Sequence record: SRR31156797_1572
Direction: 5' to 3' (one strand)
Length of the DNA: 47,506 bases
The notes beneath the pieces are model-generated. The model was not told the origin of the DNA. It saw only the letters and a program-made list of their open reading frames with translations, and ran no database searches. Both the position numbers and the translations under genes were made by a program. This document shows positions 10,021 through 20,146 of the stretch, piece after piece; the stretch's first letter is position 1; each line of letters opens with the position of its first letter.

Positions 10021-11399
10021 TGTATGTATCACCAATTAGGGAGCCTTTAGTTACCGGGGCCAAGAGTTATAAAAAGGTAACTGATGATATAACTAAGCCA
10101 ATGGAAGGTAAACCGGGCAAATTATGGTTTGCAGGTTTAGGTCTTTCATTAATGGCATTAGCTTTCGGTGGATTAGCCATCTTTGTAACCGTATGGGATG
10201 GTATAGGAAGCTGGGGATTAAACAGAACCATAGGATGGGGCTGGGGGATTACCAATTTTGTATGGTGGGTTGGAATTGGACACGCTGGTACTTTCATTTC
10301 AGCCATACTTTTGTTATTTAGGCAAAAATGGAGGACTAGTATTAACCGAAGTGCCGAAGCAATGACCATATTTGCTGTAATGTGTGCAGGGTTATTTCCG
10401 TTGCTTCATATGGGAAGGTTACCTCTTGGCTTTTTTGTTTTTCCATATCCTAATACCAGAGATCTTTGGGTGAACTTTAACTCTCCATTACTCTGGGATG
10501 TGTTTGCCATATCCACCTACTTTACTGTATCACTATTGTTTTGGTATATGGGTTTAATTCCAGATATAGCATCCATTAGGGATCGGATGAAAAAAGGTAT
10601 AGGAAAAAAGATTTATTCATTATTAAGTTTTGGTTGGACGGGTTCTGCGAGACATTGGGCGCGTCATGAGAGTATGAGTTTAATATTAGCAGGGTTGGCG
10701 GCGCCATTAGTATTGTCCGTTCACTCCATTGTAAGTATGGACTTTGCCACCTCCGTTATACCAGGATGGCATACTACTATATTTCCTCCGTACTTTGTTG
10801 CAGGAGCTGTATTTTCCGGATTTGCCATGGTGCTTACCCTAATGATCATAACCCGAAAAGCTTTGAATCTTGAAAACTACATAACAGTCGGCCATGTGGA
10901 ATCTATGAACAAGGTTATAATAGCGACTGGTTCAATAGTTGGAATTGCATACCTGACAGAGCTTTTTATGGCTTGGTATTCAGGAGTGGTTTATGAAAGA
11001 TATGCCTTTGTAAACAGAGCCTTTGGTCCATATTGGTGGGCATATTGGATTATGATGACATGTAACGTTATTACACCGCAATTATTTTGGTTTAAGAAGA
11101 TAAGACGAAATCTGGTGGCGACATTTATTATATCCATATTTGTAAATATAGGTATGTGGTTTGAGCGTTTTGTTATTATTGTTACCTCATTACACAGAGA
11201 TTTTTTGCCGTCCAGTTGGGCCATGTATTCTCCTACATGGGTAGAGGTTGGCGTTTATATCGGAACTTTTGGATTGTTCTTTACTATGTTCTTTTTATTT
11301 ATCAAATTTTTCCCTGTTGTTGCTATAGCGGAAGTTAAGAGTGTTCTAAAAAGTTCAGGTGAAAACTTTATCAGGAAAGGAGGTAAAAATGACAACTAA
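10020..11399 (+). CDS. actC: ACIII ActC quinol-oxidising NrfD-family membrane subunit
   Basis: [66 protein letters not shown] overlap with actB. Confidence 0.96.
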   Translation: MYVSPIREPLVTGAKSYKKVTDDITKPMEGKPGKLWFAGLGLSLMALAFGGLAIFVTVWDGIGSWGLNRTIGWGWGITNFVWWVGIGHAGTFISAILLLFRQKWRTSINRSAEAMTIFAVMCAGLFPLLHMGRLPLGFFVFPYPNTRDLWVNFNSPLLWDVFAISTYFTVSLLFWYMGLIPDIASIRDRMKKGIGKKIYSLLSFGWTGSARHWARHESMSLILAGLAAPLVLSVHSIVSMDFATSVIPGWHTTIFPPYFVAGAVFSGFAMVLTLMIITRKALNLENYITVGHVESMNKVIIATGSIVGIAYLTELFMAWYSGVVYERYAFVNRAFGPYWWAYWIMMTCNVITPQLFWFKKIRRNLVATFIISIFVNIGMWFERFVIIVTSLHRDFLPSSWAMYSPTWVEVGVYIGTFGLFFTMFFLFIKFFPVVAIAEVKSVLKSSGENFIRKGGKNDN

Positions 11400-11928
11400 T
11401 AAATTTGTGACCGGCATATTTTGGGATGACAAAGATCTTTTAAATGCGATTAAAAGCATTCAAAATAAAGGGGTAACTATCTATGATGTAAGAACACCAT
11501 TCCCTGTGCATGGCTTGGATGAAGTGTTGAAGTTGAAACGTTCTAGATTACCTAGATTGGGGTTTATTGCTGGAGCCTTAGGAGCTATTCTGGCATTCTT
11601 TTTTCAGATGTGGGTTTTTACAGCCAGTTGGCCAATCAACTTTGGAGGTAAACCATATCTATCAGTACCTTCTTTTGTTCCTGTAACTTTTGAAATGGCT
11701 GTGTTATTTGCAGCGATATCGCTTGTTTTTGGTTTTCTTATCAAATCAGGCATTGGTCCCGGAGCTCAAACTATCATATTTGATGAAAGAACAACAGATG
11801 ATGCATTTCTTGTTGTAATCCAGTTGGATGAGGGTAGTGCAGCTTCAGAAGTTACTGCAATTTTGAGTGAGGTTGGAGCCGAAGAGGTTAAGGAAGTTGA
11901 ACCTTCTAAAAATGAAGACGATGTATAA
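11389..11928 (+). CDS. actD: ACIII ActD (DUF3341)
   Basis: [23 protein letters not shown]. Start placed at ATG 11389, after AAGGAGGT. Confidence 0.93.
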   Translation: MTTNKFVTGIFWDDKDLLNAIKSIQNKGVTIYDVRTPFPVHGLDEVLKLKRSRLPRLGFIAGALGAILAFFFQMWVFTASWPINFGGKPYLSVPSFVPVTFEMAVLFAAISLVFGFLIKSGIGPGAQTIIFDERTTDDAFLVVIQLDEGSAASEVTAILSEVGAEEVKEVEPSKNEDDV

Positions 11929-13093
11929 AGATTTTGTCATATCTAAAAAGTTAAAGATAATACTTACGGCAGGAGCAGCTTTGGGTGTTCTTCTAATTAT
12001 ATTAGGTCTACTTGTAGGAGAAATTGATGGACATAGGTTTTGGGCAAATATTCTACTAAACGGTTTTCTGATTATTGGATTAAGTCTGGGAGCTGGTTTT
12101 TTTGTAGCAGTTCATCTTATTTCAGAATCGGGATGGCAAACGTCAGTTCAAAGAATTGGAGAGGCTATGGGGACTAAGATATGGCTTGGAGCTCTATTGA
12201 TTATTCCGATAGTTTTTGGAGTAAACTCTATATATCACTGGTCACATACCGAACATTTAGATCATATTCTGGAGATGAAAAGTGGGTATCTAAATCTGCC
12301 TTTTTTTGTTATTCGCATGGCTGTATATTTTATTGGTTGGATATTTCTATTCTCAAAAATAAGGCAGTTATCTCTGATGAGTGACGAAAATACAGATGTG
12401 AAATTATTTGCCCGTTTAAGGACATTTTCAGCATTGTTTATTGTTTTCTTCGCCGTTACAAGTTCTACCTCTGCGTGGGATTGGTTAATGAGTATCGATG
12501 CACATTGGTTTAGTACGCTTTATGGTTGGTATACTTTCATTGGTATGTTTGTAAATTCAATTGCGGTTATAATCATCTTTTTAGTTGTATTGCAGAAAAT
12601 GGGCTATATGGATCATGTTAATGAAGAGCATATGCATGATCTGGGAAAGTATTTGTTTGGTTTTAGTATTTTTTGGGCTTACTTGTGGATTTCTCAATAT
12701 CTGTTGATTTGGTATAGTAACATTCCAGAAGAAACAACCTATTACGTGACTAGAATAAAAGGTTTTGAAACCTTGTTTTATGTCAATGTGGTTATTTGCT
12801 TTGTTGCTCCATTTTTTGCTTTGATGTCACGCGGTAATAAAAGAAAATCAGATTGGTTGCTAGGTACAGCTATTGTTGTGTTTGTAGGACACTGGATTGA
12901 TTTATTTTTAGCCATAATGCCGGGAGCAGTTGGGGCAGAGCATTCTTTTATTGGATTGTTTGAAATTGGATTAACAGTATTGTATGTTTCAGTTTTTGCT
13001 TGGTTTGTATTTAAAACCATCTCTCAAGCTAAGATTGTTCCTGAAAATCATCCTTATTTTAAAGAAAGTTTTGATTATGAAAATATTAAATAG
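11921..13093 (+). CDS. actF: ACIII ActF membrane subunit
   Basis: WDWLMSIDAHWFSTLYG, HMHDLGK, QYLLIWYSNIPEET. Start inferred at ATG 11921, overlapping the actD stop. Confidence 0.92.
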   Translation: MYKDFVISKKLKIILTAGAALGVLLIILGLLVGEIDGHRFWANILLNGFLIIGLSLGAGFFVAVHLISESGWQTSVQRIGEAMGTKIWLGALLIIPIVFGVNSIYHWSHTEHLDHILEMKSGYLNLPFFVIRMAVYFIGWIFLFSKIRQLSLMSDENTDVKLFARLRTFSALFIVFFAVTSSTSAWDWLMSIDAHWFSTLYGWYTFIGMFVNSIAVIIIFLVVLQKMGYMDHVNEEHMHDLGKYLFGFSIFWAYLWISQYLLIWYSNIPEETTYYVTRIKGFETLFYVNVVICFVAPFFALMSRGNKRKSDWLLGTAIVVFVGHWIDLFLAIMPGAVGAEHSFIGLFEIGLTVLYVSVFAWFVFKTISQAKIVPENHPYFKESFDYENIK

Positions 13094-13664
13094 ATATGTC
13101 TCAATACTAGTGTTGGTTTTAATATTTCTTTCTTGTGATAATGATCGAAATAAGCCTGGTTATAGTTATTTTCCAGATATGGAACAGTCGAGAAGTTATG
13201 AAACTTATACAGAGAATCCAGTTTTGGAAGGAGGTAAAACCAATTTGCTGCCTGTTGAGCATACCGTTCCGAGAGGTAATATACCATACCAATTTGAGAA
13301 AACAGATGAAAATAGAAAGCTTGCAGGTTTAAAGTTGTTAAATCCTTACTTGAGTCAAGGTAAAGATGCAAAAGCGATTGAAGAAGGGAAGCGCCTGTAT
13401 AATATTTACTGTATCCATTGCCATGGAGAAAAAGGAGATGGTAAGGGATTTCTATATACAAGTGGAAAATATTCATATCCCCCGGCTAGCCTATTAGTAG
13501 ATAAGGTGGCAGGAAATCCGGATGGTGAAATTTTTCACGTGATATCGGTTGGGTTTGGCGTTATGGGTGCTCATCAAGGACAGATTATGCCGGATGACAG
13601 ATGGAAAATCGCGTCTTATATTCGGGAAGGGTTAATTAATAAAACAGATAGTATTCAAAATTGA
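13077..13664 (+). CDS. actE: ACIII ActE monoheme cytochrome c lipoprotein
   Basis: Lipobox IFLSC, YFPDM, PVEHTVPRG, CIHCHG, axial Met in GVMG, DRWKI. Start inferred at 13077. Confidence 0.92.
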   Translation: MKILNRYVSILVLVLIFLSCDNDRNKPGYSYFPDMEQSRSYETYTENPVLEGGKTNLLPVEHTVPRGNIPYQFEKTDENRKLAGLKLLNPYLSQGKDAKAIEEGKRLYNIYCIHCHGEKGDGKGFLYTSGKYSYPPASLLVDKVAGNPDGEIFHVISVGFGVMGAHQGQIMPDDRWKIASYIREGLINKTDSIQN

Positions 13665-14335
13665 GTTGAATTAGAAGTTTGCGCATCATTGGTATTAATT
13701 GCTTCAAGTGATGTAGCAACTTCTTCATTTTTCTTTTTAATATCCTGAGGTAGTTGTTCTATTGGAATTCTTCTTCCGTTTTTAGTGGCAATAATAAAAG
13801 AGTCATTAAAGCCCATTCTTTTAATATTATTCCAAAATGTAAATGCTTTCTGATAATCATCAAACCTTCCCAACGTATATTGGCAAATGCTATCATAAGT
13901 TTCTTGATTAATAGCAACCAGATTTGTTTTAAAGTCAGATAAGTTTATTTCCTTAAATGCTCCTATCTGAATCCGATATTTATAACCTTCCTCATTTCTT
14001 GAGTCAAGGTTTTGTTTTATAATTTCTTTTAAGCTATCCCGGTATAAAACGAGAGTTGACGAAAGTGAAGTTTGTTGTTGGTTGATAGATTTAAGTTTTT
14101 CATTCAGTAACGATACCTCTTCGTTCGAGGTACTTCCGGTTAATGAAATCATACCTTTAATCACCAGAACTACGAACAAGGATACAAAGAAAAAAGCTTG
14201 AAAATATAAAGCTTTGCGCAGTTTTGTAATCTTTCGGGATTGATTTTTACTTATAGTTCTTAAGCGTTGTACTTCTTTGTCAACGGCTTCTTGTCTTAAT
14301 TTATCTTTTCGGATTTCAAATTCTTGAGATGTCAT
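13655..14335 (-). CDS. Membrane-anchored coiled-coil protein with SPOR-like C-terminal domain
   Basis: Cytoplasmic coiled coil, one TM, then YRIQIGAFK...YTLGRF..YQKA......IKRMGFNDSFI. Confidence 0.7.
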   Translation of the reverse strand: MTSQEFEIRKDKLRQEAVDKEVQRLRTISKNQSRKITKLRKALYFQAFFFVSLFVVLVIKGMISLTGSTSNEEVSLLNEKLKSINQQQTSLSSTLVLYRDSLKEIIKQNLDSRNEEGYKYRIQIGAFKEINLSDFKTNLVAINQETYDSICQYTLGRFDDYQKAFTFWNNIKRMGFNDSFIIATKNGRRIPIEQLPQDIKKKNEEVATSLEAINTNDAQTSNSTQF

Positions 14336-14415
14336 GTGTGTTGCGCTTAAAAATCACCTAAAAGTATAAAAAAATAATTTTTTCACCTGATTACCTAATA
14401 AATAAATGCGTTAGT

Positions 14416-15027
14416 CTATAAATTAAGTTCTTTTAGCACTTCTTTTATGCTGGCGTAAGTGTTTTTTGTTTTGTTGAGCGCTTCTTTGGCTGGGATCCAT
14501 TCCGCTTGTGTTATGTCTTCCTCTTGCTGAGGAATAGGTGTGTCATCACCTGTGTATGACATTTTGTACCAATAAGTTTTCTTAAGAACCAGTTTTTCTT
14601 TTAAATGATAAGTGTGAAAAGTTGGTTGTAGCTCTTTTTCTATTTTTAATGGAGAAATAGAGCATTCTTCTTCTACTTCCCGAATAGCTGTTTCCTGAAT
14701 TGATTCATTTTTTTCGGCTTTGCCTTTGGGTAAATCCCAAACTCCTAATCTGTGAATAAATAAAATCTCATTGTTAGAATTAAAAACGACTCCACCTGCT
14801 GCATTGATGTTTTTAAAGCATGAAGAAAAAATTTCCATTAACTCTTCCAGATCATGATGATAAATAAAAGCCTTTTGAATATCTTCGTTATTATTAAAAT
14901 TGGCAATAAAATCATTCAATTCCTTATTGTTGGAATATTTAAAAATAGCACCAAAATCATGAGATAGATCACGCTCTATGTTGTTGGTTAAAAAAACAAT
15001 TCTATCCTTAAAAAAAACTTTATACAT
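14416..15027 (-). CDS. NUDIX hydrolase
   Basis: AAGGVV, WDLPKG and the Nudix box GKAEKNESIQETAIREVEEEC. Start at MYKVFF (15027) or MVQ (15036). Confidence 0.93.
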   Translation of the reverse strand: MYKVFFKDRIVFLTNNIERDLSHDFGAIFKYSNNKELNDFIANFNNNEDIQKAFIYHHDLEELMEIFSSCFKNINAAGGVVFNSNNEILFIHRLGVWDLPKGKAEKNESIQETAIREVEEECSISPLKIEKELQPTFHTYHLKEKLVLKKTYWYKMSYTGDDTPIPQQEEDITQAEWIPAKEALNKTKNTYASIKEVLKELNL

Positions 15028-15030
15028 TTG
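15023..15030 (+). promoter_or_regulatory. Bacteroidota -7 promoter element for pyrE (probably leaderless)
   Basis: TACATTTG matches TAnnTTTG and ends 4 nt before the ATG at 15035. Confidence 0.6.
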
Positions 15031-15034
15031 CACC

Positions 15035-15667
15035 ATGGAAAAAATATCAGAATCTATAGCAAAACAATTGTTGCAAATTAAGGCAATAAAATTGCAACCT
15101 ACAAACCCGTTTACATGGGCTTCTGGGTGGAAATCTCCTATTTATTGTGATAACAGAAAAACGTTATCTTTTCCGGAAGTAAGAGATTACATTAAAATGC
15201 AATTTGTGGAGGCTGTAAAGGAATTATATCCGGAAGCGGAATATATTGCAGGTGTGGCAACAGGAGCTATTGCTCAAGGAGCTTTAGTGGCAGATGAATT
15301 AAAAAAACCATTTGTTTATGTTCGTTCTTCACCCAAAGGACATGGAATGGAGAATTTAATTGAAGGTGATATTACTCCAGGTAAGAAAGTGGTTGTTATT
15401 GAAGATTTAATTTCAACCGGAGGGAGTAGCTTAAAAGCAGTAGAAGCTTTGCGAAAAGCAGGATGTGAAGTGATGGGAATGTTGGCTATTTTTACCTATG
15501 GCTTTCAAACTGCTTCAGATAACTTTGAAAAGAGCGAAGTGAAAATTGACACTTTAAGTAATTATCAGGCATTAATTGAAGTGGCTGCATCAACTGGTTA
15601 TGTTTCGGCAGATGATGTTAAAGCATTATCTAACTGGCGAACAGATCCTGCCAATTGGGGTAAATAA
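15035..15667 (+). CDS. pyrE: Orotate phosphoribosyltransferase
   Basis: FTWASGWKSPIYCDNR and the PRPP-binding loop VVVIEDLISTGGS. Start at MEKI. Confidence 0.98.
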   Translation: MEKISESIAKQLLQIKAIKLQPTNPFTWASGWKSPIYCDNRKTLSFPEVRDYIKMQFVEAVKELYPEAEYIAGVATGAIAQGALVADELKKPFVYVRSSPKGHGMENLIEGDITPGKKVVVIEDLISTGGSSLKAVEALRKAGCEVMGMLAIFTYGFQTASDNFEKSEVKIDTLSNYQALIEVAASTGYVSADDVKALSNWRTDPANWGK

Positions 15668-15689
15668 TAAAAAAATGACAAAATAATAT

Positions 15690-15720
15690 GGCTCAATAGT
15701 ATTGCTATTGGGCCTTTTTT
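15690..15720 (+). terminator. Intrinsic terminator-like hairpin after pyrE
   Basis: GGCTCAATAG / CTATTGGGCC stem followed by TTTTTT. Confidence 0.7.
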
Positions 15721-15730
15721 AATTTAAGAA

Positions 15731-16141
15731 ATGACAACGTTTGAAAGTGATATAAAAAAGGCTTCGCATAATGATGAAAAGATTTTTTCATTTATTTCGA
15801 ACTTCAATAATTTTAAGGATTTAATACCTCAGGATAAAGTTAAAGATTGGCAAAGCACTGAAGATTCATGTCGATTTAAAGTGGAAGGTATTGGTGAGGC
15901 AGGTCTTAAAATTATAGATAAAGAACCGTTTAAAACAGTTAAGTTCTCTACTGATGGAAAGGTGCCGTTTAATTTTTATTTGTGGGTGCAATTAAAGCAG
16001 GTAGAGGAGAATGACACAAGGATTAAATTGACGATTAAAGCTGATTTAAATGCAATGATGAAAATGATGGTTAGTAAGCATGTGAAAAAGTTTTTGAATA
16101 TGCTGGGAGATGCGATCGCTAATTATCATTATCAATCATAA
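15731..16141 (+). CDS. SRPBCC/CoxG-like family protein
   Basis: Size and pattern FESDIK...FISNFNNFKDLIP...ADLNAMMKMM; position after pyrE is typical of Bacteroidota. Confidence 0.75.
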   Translation: MTTFESDIKKASHNDEKIFSFISNFNNFKDLIPQDKVKDWQSTEDSCRFKVEGIGEAGLKIIDKEPFKTVKFSTDGKVPFNFYLWVQLKQVEENDTRIKLTIKADLNAMMKMMVSKHVKKFLNMLGDAIANYHYQS

Positions 16142-16865
16142 ATTCAACTTCTTTGAAGGCATAACTGCGTAAATGGCCGTCTTTGGTTTTAAGTTCAAGA
16201 TGGCCATAAGTATTAATACCAGTTATCTCCGCTTCAAAAATTTCTTCACCTTCTTTGTACTTATAAAAGCCTTTGTTTCGGTAAAGTTTATTTCGGTAAG
16301 ATTGGCTAATTTGCTGTTCTTTACCGTTTTTTAATAACGAAAGTTGATCAATAATTTTTCCGACTAATAGTTGCAATGATTGCGTTAAATCAAATTCTTT
16401 GTTTGTTATGTTTTTTAGAGAGATAGGATTTGGTGCATCACTTATAAATGTTTCCTGATTAACATTAAGGCCAATGCCAATAATGGATTCGCTCAGTGAG
16501 TTTTGACAAATAGCATTTTCAATTAATATTCCGGCAATTTTTTTATTTCTCCAGTAAATGTCATTGGGCCATTTTATCGTGAATCCATCTGCGTATTCAT
16601 TCAGAAAATCAATAATTCCTAAGGCTACTGCTTTTGAAATTAAAAATTGATCCTGAATTTGGATGTAATTTGGTTTGATATACAAACTAAAAGTCAGGTT
16701 TTTTCCTGCTTGGCTTTCCCATGAGTTTCCTCCTTGTCCTTTACCCTCTGTTTGTTTGTTGGTAATGACAATTGAGTATTCTTCTAAATCAATTTCAGAT
16801 TTTAGTGATTTAAGCTTCGCGTTAGTTGAGGGTAAAAAATCAAATGTATATATGTTTGTTTGCAT
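16119..16865 (-). CDS. birA: Biotin--[acetyl-CoA-carboxylase] ligase (no HTH)
   Basis: STN, QTEGKGQGGNSW, IKWPND, KKIAGILIE, GIGLNVN. Confidence 0.96.
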   Translation of the reverse strand: MQTNIYTFDFLPSTNAKLKSLKSEIDLEEYSIVITNKQTEGKGQGGNSWESQAGKNLTFSLYIKPNYIQIQDQFLISKAVALGIIDFLNEYADGFTIKWPNDIYWRNKKIAGILIENAICQNSLSESIIGIGLNVNQETFISDAPNPISLKNITNKEFDLTQSLQLLVGKIIDQLSLLKNGKEQQISQSYRNKLYRNKGFYKYKEGEEIFEAEITGINTYGHLELKTKDGHLRSYAFKEVEFMIDNDN

Positions 16866-16923
16866 TTTTTATTCTAAAAGTTGTGCCATTTTGTCATCGT
16901 GACATTAGACTATTTGCTGAGCA

Positions 16924-16931
16924 CAAAATTA
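16924..16931 (-). promoter_or_regulatory. Candidate -7 element for birA
   Basis: The minus strand reads TAATTTTG, about 60 nt upstream of the start. Confidence 0.5.
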
Positions 16932-17030
16932 ATCAGTAAATGCGAAAATAAAAAAAGTAGTATCTTCGTGTTTTTCTAGTAAATTAGCAGCTTTATTGCC
17001 AGAAATAAATATAAAAAATTAAAAATATTA

Positions 17031-17405
17031 ATGATAAAAGAGGAAAACGTATCAGCTGAACAATTGGTAGATGCCGTTGTTGAAGGTATTCAGGAGAAAA
17101 AAGGCACAAATATTGCTATTTTGGACATGCGCGAAATTGATGGTAGTATCTGTCAGTTTTTTGTAATCTGTGATGGGGACAGTAATACACAAGTGGGCGC
17201 AATCGGTGATTCAGTTGAAGATTACGTAAGAGAAAATCTAAACGATAAACCATATCATGTTGAAGGTAAGGATAATTCAGAATGGGTTTTGATTGATTTT
17301 GTAGATGTTGTTGTACATGTTTTTCAAAGACCAGTCAGGAGTTTTTACAACCTAGAAGAATTATGGGCTGATGCCAAAAGAACCGACATCGAAAACCTAT
17401 TTTAG
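17031..17405 (+). CDS. rsfS: Ribosome silencing factor RsfS
   Basis: EKKG..I, WVLIDFVDVVVHVF, FYNLEELWAD. Confidence 0.97.
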   Translation: MIKEENVSAEQLVDAVVEGIQEKKGTNIAILDMREIDGSICQFFVICDGDSNTQVGAIGDSVEDYVRENLNDKPYHVEGKDNSEWVLIDFVDVVVHVFQRPVRSFYNLEELWADAKRTDIENLF

Positions 17406-17428
17406 TCAGTTATTTTATTATTAAGCTA

Positions 17429-19456
17429 ATGAGCGAAGAGCAAAAACAAAAAAAAGAGCCTGTTAACCAGGGAGGAAGTAATCAAAATCCTAAGTTCCCA
17501 AAGTTTAACGGCTATTGGATATATGGTGTAATACTACTTCTGCTTATTTCATTTTTCATGGTGAATCAAAATGAAATGATGATAGAAATACCTTATAGTA
17601 AATTTACTTCGGAATTATTGCCTTCAGGAGATATTGAGAATATCACTGTAGTTGGAAATGAAGGAAAGATTGAAGTTACTATAAAGAAAAGTGCATTAGA
17701 GAAGTATAAAGATGATTTTGGTGAAAGCTTTCAGGCTATAAAAGAAGGAGGACCACATTTTTGGTTTGAAGTAGGAAACTTGGAGAATTTTGATACTTTC
17801 ATAAAAAACGCCGAGAAAGAGTATGGGGTAGAATTACCATATGAGTATGAAAGGCGAAACAACTATTTTAATGATATTTTAAATTTCATGTGGCCATTGC
17901 TGCTATTACTTATTGTTTGGATTTTTATTTTCCGAAGAATGGGAGCACAGGCCGGAGGAGCCGGAGGAGGTAATATTTTTAATGTTGGAAAATCTAAAGC
18001 AAAGGTATTTGATAAGGAGTCCAATATTAATGTCAATTTCAAAGATGTAGCTGGTCTTGCAGAAGCCAAAACAGAATTAGAAGAAATAGTAGAGTTTTTA
18101 AAGAAACCAGAAAAGTATACTAATCTGGGAGGAAAAATTCCTAAAGGAGCATTGCTTGTTGGACCTCCGGGGACAGGTAAAACTTTATTAGCTAAAGCGG
18201 TAGCTGGTGAGGCTAATGTTCCGTTTTTTAGTATGTCAGGGTCTGATTTTGTGGAGATGTTTGTTGGTGTTGGTGCATCTAGGGTTCGTGATTTATTTAA
18301 AAAGGCGAAAGAAAAAGCTCCTTGTATTGTTTTTATAGATGAGATTGATGCCATAGGTAGAGCGAGAGGGAAAAGTCCTAGTATGGGCGCAAATGATGAA
18401 CGCGAAAATACTTTAAATCAGTTATTAACTGAGATGGATGGCTTCGGGACTAACTCCGGAGTAATTATTTTGGCTGCTACTAACCGTGCTGATATTTTGG
18501 ATAGAGCATTAATGCGTGCAGGTAGATTTGACAGGCAGATTCATGTAGAATTACCAGATATTAAGGAAAGACAACAGATCTTCGATGTTCATCTTCGTCC
18601 ATTAAAATTGAGTGAAGAAGTGAAGTCTGAATTCTTAGCTAAACAAACACCAGGTTTTTCGGGTGCAGATATCGCCAATGTTTGTAATGAGGCTGCCTTA
18701 ATTGCAGCAAGAGGAGATAAGAAAATTGTTGAAAAGGAAGACTTTTTAAGTGCTGTTGATCGTATTGTTGGTGGACTTGAAAAGAAGAATAAGATTATTT
18801 CTAAAGAGGAGAAAAAAGCGATTGCTTATCACGAAGCTGGCCATGCTGCTACAAGTTGGTTATTGGAGCATGCACATCCTTTAGTAAAAGTAACTATAGT
18901 TCCTAGAGGAAAAGCATTAGGTGCGGCCTGGTATTTACCTGAAGAAAGACAGTTGACAACGGTAGAGCAAATTTTAGATGAGATGTGTTCAACTTTAGCG
19001 GGTAGAGCTGCAGAGGAATTAGAGTTTGGTAAAATATCAACAGGTGCTTTAAACGATCTTGAAAAAGTGACAAAGCAAGCTTATGCTATGGTAAGTTATT
19101 ATGGTATGGGTAAAAAGCTGGGTAACATAAGTTACTTTGATTCAAGTGGTCAAAATGAGTATGGTTTTACTAAGCCTTATAGTGAAGAAACTGCGCGTAC
19201 AATTGATAACGAAGTAGCAAAAATTATCGAAGAACAATATGACAGAGCGAAGCAGATTCTTACAGAAAACAAAGATAAGCATCGTGAGTTAGCTGAGCTT
19301 TTATTAGAGCGAGAAGTAATTTTTAGTGAAGATTTAGAAAGTATTTTTGGTAAAAGAAATATCAATAAGCATATTGTTCAGTTAGCTGATAACGGAGCAG
19401 AAGTTTCTAAATCAGAAGAAGAAGATTCAACTTCGGAAGAAACAACAAAAGAATAA
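17429..19456 (+). CDS. ftsH: ATP-dependent zinc metalloprotease FtsH
   Basis: Two TMs, [36 protein letters not shown]. Confidence 0.99.
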   Translation: MSEEQKQKKEPVNQGGSNQNPKFPKFNGYWIYGVILLLLISFFMVNQNEMMIEIPYSKFTSELLPSGDIENITVVGNEGKIEVTIKKSALEKYKDDFGESFQAIKEGGPHFWFEVGNLENFDTFIKNAEKEYGVELPYEYERRNNYFNDILNFMWPLLLLLIVWIFIFRRMGAQAGGAGGGNIFNVGKSKAKVFDKESNINVNFKDVAGLAEAKTELEEIVEFLKKPEKYTNLGGKIPKGALLVGPPGTGKTLLAKAVAGEANVPFFSMSGSDFVEMFVGVGASRVRDLFKKAKEKAPCIVFIDEIDAIGRARGKSPSMGANDERENTLNQLLTEMDGFGTNSGVIILAATNRADILDRALMRAGRFDRQIHVELPDIKERQQIFDVHLRPLKLSEEVKSEFLAKQTPGFSGADIANVCNEAALIAARGDKKIVEKEDFLSAVDRIVGGLEKKNKIISKEEKKAIAYHEAGHAATSWLLEHAHPLVKVTIVPRGKALGAAWYLPEERQLTTVEQILDEMCSTLAGRAAEELEFGKISTGALNDLEKVTKQAYAMVSYYGMGKKLGNISYFDSSGQNEYGFTKPYSEETARTIDNEVAKIIEEQYDRAKQILTENKDKHRELAELLLEREVIFSEDLESIFGKRNINKHIVQLADNGAEVSKSEEEDSTSEETTKE

Positions 19457-19460
19457 GTAA

Positions 19461-20099
19461 ATGGATAGTCAAGAAGCCAGAAATAAAATACTATCCAAAT
19501 TAAAAAAAGCACAAAGTGAAGGGAGAGAATATTCTCTCCCTTCTTTTGATTCGGAAGAATCTGTTTTTCCCAAACCAGAGCATTTGTTAGATACTTTTAA
19601 GCAAGAGCTTGAATTAATTGGAGGAACAGTATACCTCGGGAATTCAAATGAGGAATTAGTTGTACAGCTTAAAGAGTTCTGTAAGTTTAAACAGGTGCAT
19701 GCTGTTTTTTGTCTTGAAGAAGGTATTCAGAATCTTTTGGTACAGTCTGGTATAAAAGTACTCAACTCTGAATCTGATTTTTCAGATATAACTATTGGGC
19801 TTACCGCCTGTGAATATTTAATATCCCGAACAGGAACAATTGTGGTAAGTAGTGGTCATAAATCTGGCAGAAGGTTAAATGTATTTCCACCTATACATGT
19901 GGTTTTCGCAAAGGCATCACAACTGGTTTCTTTTCCTGATGATGCTTTGTTGTCTTTAGAGAAGAAATATGGCAAAGACTTCCCGTCATTAATTTCGTTT
20001 ATAACAGGAGCCAGTAGAACAGCTGATATTGAGAAGACATTAGTGATGGGAGCTCATGGTTCAAAAGAATTATTGGTTTTTATTAATAAAAATGAATAA
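19461..20099 (+). CDS. LUD-domain (LutC/YkgG) protein
   Basis: GRRLNVFPPIH and ITGASRTADIEKTLVMGAHG. Confidence 0.9.
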   Translation: MDSQEARNKILSKLKKAQSEGREYSLPSFDSEESVFPKPEHLLDTFKQELELIGGTVYLGNSNEELVVQLKEFCKFKQVHAVFCLEEGIQNLLVQSGIKVLNSESDFSDITIGLTACEYLISRTGTIVVSSGHKSGRRLNVFPPIHVVFAKASQLVSFPDDALLSLEKKYGKDFPSLISFITGASRTADIEKTLVMGAHGSKELLVFINKNE

Positions 20100-20116
20100 T
20101 TATCCGTTAATCTAAT

Positions 20117-20124
20117 TAATTTTG
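20117..20124 (+). promoter_or_regulatory. Candidate internal -7 element for cdsA-psd
   Basis: TAATTTTG ends 22 nt before the cdsA ATG. Confidence 0.45.
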
Positions 20125-20146
20125 TGGCGATATTAATCGTTTTCTA

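Noticed and set aside
11377..11384. Perfect Shine-Dalgarno AAGGAGGT before actD in a phylum that rarely uses SD
   Set aside because: Single instance that also encodes Lys-Gly-Gly of ActC; cannot be separated from chance.
16119..16141. Convergent 3' overlaps (SRPBCC/birA 23 nt; actE/SPOR 10 nt) as antisense regulation
   Set aside because: Short tail overlaps are common in compact genomes and nothing else supports a regulatory role.
19461..20099. LutC-like gene without lutA/lutB
   Set aside because: A LUD gene between ftsH and cdsA is, to my knowledge, a common Bacteroidota arrangement, so it is neither a lactate operon nor unusual.
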